Source: Fibrobacterota bacterium
Lineage (GTDB): Bacteria > Fibrobacterota > Fibrobacteria > UBA11236
DNA length: 32,000 nucleotides
Assembly: GCA_947482115.1 (NCBI GenBank)
Contig: CANKII010000008.1
Span: forward strand, 17,182 to 49,181
Direction: 5' to 3'
A program made the position numbers and the translations under genes. The notes beneath the pieces are model-generated. The model was not told where the DNA came from. It worked only from the letters and a program-made list of their open reading frames with translations, and made no database searches. Positions 1 through 7,473 of the stretch are shown here, piece after piece (positions within the stretch are counted from its first letter, which is position 1; every line of letters begins with the position of its first letter).

Positions 1-711
1 ACCTAAATCAACCACCTTCTGCCCGTTGATGAACAACCAGAGATCATCATCCCCCGCAACCTTGAACTTCCCGTTCTGACCTGCATGGTAGGTGAAATAG
101 AGATGCATTTCCATCGTAAAACCGTACACATGCGAAGTGTTGGTCGAAGGAATATTGTTGGTGTAGAACTTCCCGTATGGCACATTGTATGGGCTGGGAC
201 TTAACGCCTGATATTTGGCCGCGCTGTCCAGCGGGAAAAAGTTGGTGTTCACATACTGGTAAAGCCCGGTGGAACCGTTCAGCACCAAGGTGACGGGAAA
301 CAGAAAGGTCCGGTTGATATCACCCGTGGGAACATCGTTGTACCAATCGCTGAAACGGCTGGTCGGGGTATAAGCCCAGGCCACACGGGAATCCAGACTG
401 GAAACCAACAGCGGATTGCGCTTATCCAGTTTGTACATCGTGGTATCCAATCCCTGCAAAACAGCATTGCTCGTTCCACCGGTGCTGATGGCCGTTTGTG
501 CAATGCTGATGCCGAGAGCTTTCGCATTATTCGTCTCGGGATTATTCACCGTGGGTTCGAAATGAGGGTGTTCACGCGAGTCCGTAACGCTGGATCGTTG
601 TTCATAGAAATCACGCACAATGGCTTTCACCAAAAGACCCTGTGCATTTGCCTGCAGAATGCTGAGCGCGATCCCAAGACCTGCTGTCCAAAATTTGAAA
701 TAGGATTTCAT
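1..711 (-). CDS. Fibro-slime (PA14-like) domain secreted protein, N-terminal 237 codons; the 3' end runs off the left edge of the window
   Basis: Absent from the supplied ORF track because it has no stop inside the window. Reading the minus strand from the ATG at 711..709 gives an open frame down to position 1; I checked every plus-strand triplet in that frame for tta/cta/tca and found none. The product starts MKSYFKFWTAGLGIALSILQANAQ (signal peptide). It ends ...HVYGFTMEMHLYFTYHAGQNGKFKVAGDDDLWLFINGQKVVDLG, matching the GDDD-x-W-x-F-I-N-G...D-L-G core of the fibro-slime domain (TIGR02148 as I recall it) and the PA14 fold. Confidence 0.8.
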   Translation of the reverse strand, partial: MKSYFKFWTAGLGIALSILQANAQGLLVKAIVRDFYEQRSSVTDSREHPHFEPTVNNPETNNAKALGISIAQTAISTGGTSNAVLQGLDTTMYKLDKRNPLLVSSLDSRVAWAYTPTSRFSDWYNDVPTGDINRTFLFPVTLVLNGSTGLYQYVNTNFFPLDSAAKYQALSPSPYNVPYGKFYTNNIPSTNTSHVYGFTMEMHLYFTYHAGQNGKFKVAGDDDLWLFINGQKVVDLG

Positions 712-951
712 GGCTTCCCCTTGGTTGAGCTTTTTCCGTTCTTTACAATGGCTGTCAGGGGGACAAAAACAGACAATCGACATCCATTTCTGTCCAATAA
801 AGGCAATGCCTGTCGATTAGACAGCATTTACCGATGCGGGTATCCCCAACAAACCGAGATGAATATTAGAGGAGCAAAAACCATGCGCAATCAGAATGAA
901 TGCAAGGAACCTTCCCTGCTATCCATGATGCGATGAAAGCGAAAAATTTTT

Positions 952-2997
952 CTAGAAAGTCACAATCTTTCTGTACGAATCGCCATCGCTCCGAATCTCA
1001 ATGAGATAAACGGATTGCGAAGCCTTCGGCGCAGCAATTTCCATGGAAGTTCCTGGCGTTCCCTCTCGCACCAACAGAACACGACCTTGGGGATCGCGGA
1101 GAATCGCCTGATAAGGACTCGACATGTTGTCCACATTCACACGAAGATTTCCCGGTTTACTGACAAACCAAACCTTGTTTTCCAAAAGGGACAAGTGCCG
1201 TGAAGGCGCAACAGCGGTGACAATGGCCGGATCCCAAGTTCGGGATGAAATCCAGTTCTGAGCGTAAGCCGCCTCGGTGGTATAATTCGCCGCACCCGAT
1301 ATCGACATGAGATTGGCACTGATGGTGAATTGCGTGTGCCAATGCACAATGGAATCTCCTTTCACACCCGATTCGACCTGATTGATTCTTTTGATGCCGG
1401 GGACTACCAAGTGGATGCGCATGCTGTCCGTGGAAACCGAAACCGAGGAAATCGGGCGGTTATAATACACCGGCGTCACGCCTTGGTATTGAGCCGGATT
1501 ACTGCTCATCGCCCCCAGACCATAGCCCGATTTGCGCACCCATGTGCGCTGCCCCACAGTGAAATTCGCCGCGATGGCAGTAGCAGGGTTCACCTTTCGA
1601 TTCAGGATCAACTCATATCCATCCTGCAAGGAGCGGATGGAAAGCACTTCGAACTGGGTGGGATTGGCCTTGGGCGTGAACTTGTAAATCATGTTACTGG
1701 CAGGCCCCATGCCCCAGTTGCCCACACCGCGCAGGACACCGGCATAAATCGTCCCGTCCGGCCCTTGAGTGATGCGGTTGATGCCGTTGTTTCCGACGCC
1801 CAAGCCCCCGGTGGCCGCGCCGGGCGTGAAGAAGAACACTGCCCCTTGAATATTCTGGGTGTTAGTGGTGTCCTGAAGCGTGTCGAAGGCCACGCGCCAC
1901 ATGCCCCTGCTGTTCATGTCTCCCACCAATAAATTACCCGCGTAGGGACCGCTGGTGAGATAAAACGGCTGGGCCAGGGAAACCCAACCGGCATGATTGG
2001 TCTGGTCGTAATAGTTGACCGCCACGGGCGGCTCATACTTCCATTGCCCGCGGTCATAGGCCGCTTGGGCGAAATTGGGGGTGTAGTTCTGGTCTTGCCG
2101 GTAACCCGCAAATTGATTGGTGAAAGGCTTGAATCGCGTGATAGTACACATGGGGAGATAGGAGCCTTGATTGTCCGCCGAAAAGATCACGCCGCCCGGC
2201 CCGAGGCAGTTGCCGTTCGGGGAGCGCAGGCCGCCCCCGGCGCGGTTGGCGTTGGTGTCAAGCTGGGTGGTGGTGGTGTCCCAGGACAGTAGTGCGCCCG
2301 AGAAGAAGCTGGCGGGATTCAAGTTGGCAGAGCCGTTGCCGTTGAGAGTCGCACCGGCGTAATTGGCATAGAACTTTCCCTGATAATACACCGGCGTGAA
2401 GACGTAATGATGGTTGTGGGAAGTGAGAACGGTGAAGGAACCTCCACCGGATTGTGAGGAGGGGAAGGCGAAATTGGTTGGGGCGGTATTACCGCCAAAC
2501 ATGGTAGGGGTAGGGGTTTCGAACATGCGGCGCCGGTTGTTCATCCGGGAAAGGGAATCATTGGAGGGGCTATTGGTTGGCACCATGTAAACCGAGTCCA
2601 TATCGGAAACATAAATGCGATCGTTGACCACCTCCACACCCGTGGGAAGCTTGAAATGCGTGGCGATGTCCGTGGCAACCACCGAACCACCACCGGTCAA
2701 CCCGGAAAGAAGGGTTACCTTACTGCGTGGGTGCCCCGGATAAGGCATTTGGCCATGCTGCTGATAATCACTTGTGAGCAGCACCATGCGACCATCCGAA
2801 AGCCAGCTCATCCCATAAACCCCCGAACATCCCGCACCCTCTCCGGTGCATGAACCGATGGTAAAAGGCGTGATTGTGGTTTGATCGTATACACCGTTGG
2901 GAATCGTCGGAACCGCAGCATGGGATGCTACGACCCAGAAAAAAATCTGGCAAACATGAAATTTTGACAGGTGTGAACTCATTGTTTGGTCCTTCAT
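952..2997 (-). CDS. Secreted beta-propeller protein (SGL / glucose-sorbosone-dehydrogenase-like fold) with a C-terminal sorting-like beta-sandwich tail
   Basis: 681-aa ORF with a hydrophobic N-terminus (MSSHLSKFHVCQIFFWVVASHAAVP). The ATG at 2982 is preceded by AAGGA and may be the true start. Propeller-blade-like segments recur: DRIYVSDMDSVYMV, GLRSPNGNCLGPGGVIFSADNQGSYLP, PDGTIYAGV. A following module (FEVLSIRSLQDGYELILNRKVNP...MRIHLVVPGI) resembles the domain seen after GSDH-like propellers in large secreted dehydrogenase-like proteins. The tail is ...GRVLLVREGTPGTSMEIAAPKASQSVYLIEIRSDGDSYRKIVTF. The gene call is solid; the family assignment is from memory only. Confidence 0.7.
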   Translation of the reverse strand: MKDQTMSSHLSKFHVCQIFFWVVASHAAVPTIPNGVYDQTTITPFTIGSCTGEGAGCSGVYGMSWLSDGRMVLLTSDYQQHGQMPYPGHPRSKVTLLSGLTGGGSVVATDIATHFKLPTGVEVVNDRIYVSDMDSVYMVPTNSPSNDSLSRMNNRRRMFETPTPTMFGGNTAPTNFAFPSSQSGGGSFTVLTSHNHHYVFTPVYYQGKFYANYAGATLNGNGSANLNPASFFSGALLSWDTTTTQLDTNANRAGGGLRSPNGNCLGPGGVIFSADNQGSYLPMCTITRFKPFTNQFAGYRQDQNYTPNFAQAAYDRGQWKYEPPVAVNYYDQTNHAGWVSLAQPFYLTSGPYAGNLLVGDMNSRGMWRVAFDTLQDTTNTQNIQGAVFFFTPGAATGGLGVGNNGINRITQGPDGTIYAGVLRGVGNWGMGPASNMIYKFTPKANPTQFEVLSIRSLQDGYELILNRKVNPATAIAANFTVGQRTWVRKSGYGLGAMSSNPAQYQGVTPVYYNRPISSVSVSTDSMRIHLVVPGIKRINQVESGVKGDSIVHWHTQFTISANLMSISGAANYTTEAAYAQNWISSRTWDPAIVTAVAPSRHLSLLENKVWFVSKPGNLRVNVDNMSSPYQAILRDPQGRVLLVREGTPGTSMEIAAPKASQSVYLIEIRSDGDSYRKIVTF

Positions 2998-3230
2998 GTC
3001 AGATTTGAAATCTCACAAAAACCGGCTTGAACTTAAGAAGGGAAATACAATTAACGGAAGTGGCGCATAAAAAACCCTTTTTCGTTTGATCGAGCTACAC
3101 CATAAATACATTTCGATACACAATGTTACCCTAAGATGTCAGAAATCAGCAGTCATTTTTTCAAAAAAAAGCTTCTGTTAAGGAAGAGGCAAAAATTCGG
3201 GAATTTTTCGGCATAACCAGGAGATTGAAA

Positions 3231-4976
3231 ATGAATAGGAAAGTCGGCTGGGTTCTCTTGTTTACTGCAATATTTTTGGATCTCTCACTCGCCGGAGATT
3301 ATTCATCGTGGGCGAAATACAGGAATATCGCTTTAAGTACTTCGGGAATTACAACTGCGGGTGTGGCAAAGATTCCCGTTCTGATCCGGTTTACGGAAAC
3401 CAATCAATCCGACATGTTCACAGGATCCACCGCCGCGCTGGCGAACGGAGCGGATATCCGTGTCACAAAATCGGATGGCACAACCGATCTCCCCTTCGAG
3501 ATGGATAGCTGGACTTCGGGCACCGGCGGGTCGGGAGCCATCTGGGTGCTCATGGACAGCGTACCTGGTAACAATGCCGCGGCCTATTCCTTGAGGGTTT
3601 ACTGGAATAAAGCCGGAGCGGCAACGATGTCCAGCCCAGCCACGACATTCTCTTCGAGCAATGGATTTTTGGCGGTATGGCATTTTAACGAGGCTTCGGG
3701 AAGCCCCGCACTGAACGCAACGGGAAACGGGAATCAGGCCACACCGGGAGGCGGCTCCGCAGCGCCCGCGAATAACACGGCATCGATCATTGGAACGGGC
3801 AAAAATTTTTCCGCAAGCTCGTCTCAATATTATCAGGTGGGCACGGACTCCTCCGCCCTGAACTTGAATTCAAACACGGGTCCCTACATCATCACCGCAT
3901 GGGTCAATCCCACCTCCTGTTCAAGCCGTATCGCCGCCATTTCCAAATATGCCAACGACAACTCTTCAGGAACACGGCAATACGCCCTCCACACCGCGAA
4001 TACGGCGACGGACTGGCGCATGACGGATGATCCTGCGGCACTATCAAACACGACTGCGAACAATGAATACGTCGCCGACGTCGTAGGCGGCTGTGTCGAG
4101 GGGTCGTGGACCTATCTGGCGGGTGGCTATAACTCGAACAATGTTGCACCAACGGCGGATGCCGCCGGTGCGGCAAACGTTTTCCTTTCAGTAAACGGCG
4201 CCACCGCCGTCACCGGCATCCCGGCCAGCCAAGCCACGGGCACAAGCATCGGCACAGGAGGATCCACGTTCATTGGAAAGATTGGATCCAACGAACGTTA
4301 TATGGACGGTGCCATTGACGAAATGACCGTCTCCAACGTGGTGCGTCCCGCAGACTGGATCAAGCTGAGTTATGAAACGCAAAAGCCCGGCGCTACGGCA
4401 ATATTCGTAAGTACCACAACAACCAACCTTCCCGGTGCGCCTTCGATAACCTCCAACCCAGCGAACCGCAGTGCCACGGTGGGAACCACCGCAAAATTCG
4501 GCGTGGTCGCCACAGGAACAGGCTCCCTGATTTACAAATGGGTACGTCGCAACACCGATACTGTCGGAACCAATTCAGACACATTAACCCTCTCCAACGT
4601 CTCCAACGCGGACACAGGCTCCTACAAATGTGTCGTGCAAAATTCGGTCAGCATGGCTGTAAGCAATTCCGCCGCTTTGACAGTTACTCCAGTGGCCCTT
4701 CTTTCCCATGCTCCGTCGCTGTCTTCCTTCAATGCCCGCGTTTCAGGTTCGGCCGTAGTCTTTGATCTGCCCAAGGGGCTTTCGAACATCCAAATTTCTG
4801 TGATGGATTTGAAAGGCCGGGAAGTGTGGAATCAAAGAGTGAATACGGGTAGCCGCGAAGTTTCATGGGATGCGAAAACACCTTCCGGAGCACTGGCGGC
4901 AGCGGGTGTTTATTCGGCCCAGCTCTTCTCGGAAGGCCTGAAGCTAGCCGAAGCACGCGTCATCATCTCGCGATAG
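3231..4976 (+). CDS. Secreted multidomain protein: DUF2341 - LamG/concanavalin-A-like - Ig (I-set-like) - C-terminal sorting-like domain
   Basis: AGGAGA at 3219..3224 lies 6 nt before the ATG at 3231; the ORF-track start at 3225 is a TTG. Signal peptide MNRKVGWVLLFTAIFLDLSLAG. DUF2341-like block: KIPVLIRFTE...GADIRVTKSDGTTDLPFEMDSW...GAIWVLMDSVPGNN..YSLRVYWNK. LamG-like block: AVWHFNEASG...GKNFSASSSQYYQVG...ITAWVNP...YMDGAIDEMTVSNVVRPADWIKLSYETQ. Ig block: PSITSNPANRSATVGTTAKFGVVATGTGSLIYKWV...DTGSYKCVVQNSV..SNSAALTV. Tail: VVFDLPKGLSNIQISVMDLKGREVWNQ...VSWDAKTPSG..AAGVYSAQL. Confidence 0.85.
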   Translation: MNRKVGWVLLFTAIFLDLSLAGDYSSWAKYRNIALSTSGITTAGVAKIPVLIRFTETNQSDMFTGSTAALANGADIRVTKSDGTTDLPFEMDSWTSGTGGSGAIWVLMDSVPGNNAAAYSLRVYWNKAGAATMSSPATTFSSSNGFLAVWHFNEASGSPALNATGNGNQATPGGGSAAPANNTASIIGTGKNFSASSSQYYQVGTDSSALNLNSNTGPYIITAWVNPTSCSSRIAAISKYANDNSSGTRQYALHTANTATDWRMTDDPAALSNTTANNEYVADVVGGCVEGSWTYLAGGYNSNNVAPTADAAGAANVFLSVNGATAVTGIPASQATGTSIGTGGSTFIGKIGSNERYMDGAIDEMTVSNVVRPADWIKLSYETQKPGATAIFVSTTTTNLPGAPSITSNPANRSATVGTTAKFGVVATGTGSLIYKWVRRNTDTVGTNSDTLTLSNVSNADTGSYKCVVQNSVSMAVSNSAALTVTPVALLSHAPSLSSFNARVSGSAVVFDLPKGLSNIQISVMDLKGREVWNQRVNTGSREVSWDAKTPSGALAAAGVYSAQLFSEGLKLAEARVIISR

Positions 4977-4979
4977 TCT

Positions 4980-6548
4980 TCAACCTCGATAAACGCGGTA
5001 ATCAATTTCAGAAAAAATATTGTTGGTGGCTTCGAGGTTGGAGAGAAAGCCTTCGTCGATCTGCTGCGCTTCGATCTGCCGGTTCAACTCAAGGCAATTG
5101 TGAACATGGACTTTGGTCCGCTTCACCGCATACTCCACCATGGTTCCCGTTTTCATGATGAAAGCCCAGTCGGAAGATTGTGCCAGCAAAAGCTCACGGG
5201 CAAATTGATTGCGGGCGCGGCGATCCAAATCTCCGCGCTCGGGAAGATTGGCCGTCTCACGCATGAGATCACCGATGTGATGCAGGTGCGGATAAATCCA
5301 GTCGTTGGTTCCATTGAGCCAGACTTCGGCATATCCCCCCGCACCCCAGCTGGAAAAGGCCGGGTTGCTTTTCGGAGCCGCATGACGCGACAAATAATCG
5401 CGTGGCGAAGCCAGTTGAACATTGCCGGGACGCGAACTGACCCGGCGCATGACGGCACCGAGCCATTGCGGACCTTCATACCACCAATGGCCGAACAATT
5501 CCGCATCATAGGGACACACAATGTTGGCGGGAGTATCGAGGCGCGGATCTAAATAGTCGGCCTGCAAGCTGCGATTGAACAGGAAATTATCCGCATGGTG
5601 TTGCACGGCGTCGCGGGCCCAGGATTCTTCATACGGCTGTTTCTCAACATTCTTCCCGGTGATGCGGTGATACTTGATTCCCGTGGAAGTTCTGAAACCG
5701 ATGGGATGAATGTAAGGCCGGATGTAATCCAGATCGAGATCGAAACCGATGTCGCGATAGAATTCGCGATAGCGATAATCCCCGGGGTATCCCTCCTCTG
5801 CCGACCACACTGCCTTTGAGGATTCGGGATCACGCGCAAAACAATGCATTCCGGCGGGCGTTTCTATCGGAGCATAACAACCCTTGGGCGATGGCGGATC
5901 TCCCTGTAAAATCCCATGCGCGTCCGTAAAGAAATACTTGAGACCCACATCCTTCATGTTCCAATCCAGCCCCGGATAATAACCGCATTCACCGAGCCAG
6001 ATTCCCCAAGGATCGACACCGAAATGTTTGCGATAGTTCCCCACCGCAACTTCAAGCTGGGCCTCAATGCTGCGATGGGAATGACGAAGATTGGGAAGAA
6101 AGCCATGCGTGGCGCCACAGGTGATGATTTCCAAACGACCCAAACGCTGGAAGTGACGAAAGCCGTTGAGAAGATTGCGATCCAGAGATTCGAACTTGCG
6201 GTAACAGACTTCAAACTTGTTGCGGTACATGGCCGCCAAACGGGAATATTGCGGATCATGTTTGACGCGCGAACATTCCTTTTCAGCCAGTTCCCGCAGA
6301 CGGTTGATGTGATTGACATAGCGCGCCTGCAACAACTCATCCGCCAGCATTTCACACAAAGGCGGAGTCACACTCATGGTCAGGCGAAACGGAAGTCCGT
6401 CCCGTTCCAGCGCGTCAAATTCCAAGAGCAGCGGGATATAGGTCTCGGTGATGGCCTCGTACAGCCACTCCTCTTCCAGAAACCGGGCGTGTTCCGGATG
6501 GCGCACAAAGGGAAGATGCGCGTGAAGAACGAAATTCAAATAGGCCAT
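4980..6548 (-). CDS. GH57-family 1,4-alpha-glucan branching enzyme (with DUF1957-type C-terminal region)
   Basis: MAYLNFVLHAHLPFVRHPE...EEWLYEAITETYIPLL, GIWLGECGYYPG and IVCPYDAELFGHWWYEGPQWL are the conserved GH57 branching-enzyme blocks, including the nucleophile Glu and acid/base Asp regions. I chose the start at the ATG at 6548 because the longer 6635 extension would overlap the upstream gene. That upstream gene stops at 6554, 5 nt before this start. Confidence 0.9.
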   Translation of the reverse strand: MAYLNFVLHAHLPFVRHPEHARFLEEEWLYEAITETYIPLLLEFDALERDGLPFRLTMSVTPPLCEMLADELLQARYVNHINRLRELAEKECSRVKHDPQYSRLAAMYRNKFEVCYRKFESLDRNLLNGFRHFQRLGRLEIITCGATHGFLPNLRHSHRSIEAQLEVAVGNYRKHFGVDPWGIWLGECGYYPGLDWNMKDVGLKYFFTDAHGILQGDPPSPKGCYAPIETPAGMHCFARDPESSKAVWSAEEGYPGDYRYREFYRDIGFDLDLDYIRPYIHPIGFRTSTGIKYHRITGKNVEKQPYEESWARDAVQHHADNFLFNRSLQADYLDPRLDTPANIVCPYDAELFGHWWYEGPQWLGAVMRRVSSRPGNVQLASPRDYLSRHAAPKSNPAFSSWGAGGYAEVWLNGTNDWIYPHLHHIGDLMRETANLPERGDLDRRARNQFARELLLAQSSDWAFIMKTGTMVEYAVKRTKVHVHNCLELNRQIEAQQIDEGFLSNLEATNNIFSEIDYRVYRG

Positions 6549-6553
6549 TGAAT

Positions 6554-7447
6554 TTAACGCGCGGGCTTGGGCTTGTTCTTCGTGGCTCCCGATCGCTTGG
6601 GCATCATGGAAGAGGATGCGGAACCCGGATTCCAATTCAGGGAAGCCAGAAGGGTTTCTTCCACAAAGATTTTTTCCGAAGAACCCGAAGGGCGCGAGAC
6701 ACGGGCGGCGCGGGACAATATCTCACCCCCGGCGCTGCGAAGACGGGCTTGCGTTGCAGGCCAGCTTTCCGGCGCTTCGGATTCATTGGAGGTCAGGATG
6801 GAAATGAATTCCCCCTTGCTGCTCAGCCATCCGATTTCAACCTGATAGGACAGACCGGCAAAAGGAACCTGCAAATACCACCGGCGCGCGGACAGCGGCA
6901 CGGGTAGGATCACAAAGCCCTGATCGAACAGGGAGCGCGGCGGCCAGTTCAATTTGAGCGCCTCACGATATTCCTCGCCCACGCGTTTCTCTGCCGACTT
7001 GCGGGTGAGTTGCGCCGTGGTGATTTCCCAATAACTGAAGAGATAATCCGGTTCCTGTGTCATCAGCACCAGTCGATCGCGCAGATAATTCTCGGGCAAC
7101 TCCGGAGCATGCTCCGGAAAGCCATGATTGCGCGCGGCGGGAAATTGCTCGAAGGATTTCGGCCGTAAAATCTTCGCTGCACTTTTGGGTTTTGGAACTG
7201 CAGGAACTTTGACAGCGGATTTCGAAGACTTCTTCTTCGCCGCCTTTGGAGCGACAACCTTGGCGGCAGCCTTTTTTGTTTTCTTCGCAGCCACCTTCGG
7301 TTTTGCAGCAGGATTCGATTTGGATTTCGCAGCGACGGCCTTCTTTTTAGCCACCGGTTTTTTTGCGGATTTCGCAACGACAGCTTTTTTCGCCGCCTTC
7401 TTTGCAACCTTGGTTTTTGTTCCGGGTTTACGGGCCTTGCTTTTCAT
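6554..7447 (-). CDS. Lys/Ala/Pro-rich (histone-H1-like) N-terminal region fused to a DUF4912-like domain
   Basis: The first ~100 aa are KKAAKKAVVAKSAKKPVAKKKAVAAKSKS...KAAKKKSSKSAVKVPAVPKPKSAAK. Next comes LPENYLRDRLVLMTQEPDYLFSYWEIT...RRWYLQVPFAGLSYQVEIGWLSSKGEF. This resembles DUF4912, a family I recall as a frequent neighbour of GH57 glycogen genes. The gene sits immediately upstream of the GH57 gene on the same strand. Confidence 0.75.
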   Translation of the reverse strand: MKSKARKPGTKTKVAKKAAKKAVVAKSAKKPVAKKKAVAAKSKSNPAAKPKVAAKKTKKAAAKVVAPKAAKKKSSKSAVKVPAVPKPKSAAKILRPKSFEQFPAARNHGFPEHAPELPENYLRDRLVLMTQEPDYLFSYWEITTAQLTRKSAEKRVGEEYREALKLNWPPRSLFDQGFVILPVPLSARRWYLQVPFAGLSYQVEIGWLSSKGEFISILTSNESEAPESWPATQARLRSAGGEILSRAARVSRPSGSSEKIFVEETLLASLNWNPGSASSSMMPKRSGATKNKPKPAR

Positions 7448-7473
7448 GAATCAGCCCTTTCAGACGGGAAGGC

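Noticed and set aside
805-828. Imperfect hairpin AATGCCTGTC-gatta-GACAGCATT about 125 nt downstream of the 952..2997 gene stop
   Set aside because: It has a bulged stem, no convincing U-tract on the minus strand, and lies far from the stop codon. It might be a terminator or part of the fibro-slime gene promoter region, but the evidence is insufficient for a feature call.
496-936. 146-aa plus-strand ORF, plus small minus-strand ORFs at 3..185 and 279..527
   Set aside because: They overlap the much more convincing edge-truncated fibro-slime gene (1..711, minus strand), which has a signal peptide and a recognisable domain. Their translations are Cys/Arg-rich and look like out-of-frame or antisense artefacts.
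2473-2487. 15-nt palindrome GGCGGTA-T-TACCGCC inside the 952..2997 gene
   Set aside because: It is short enough to arise by chance in 32 kb, has no related copies, and shares no core with the GTAGGGGCG elements.
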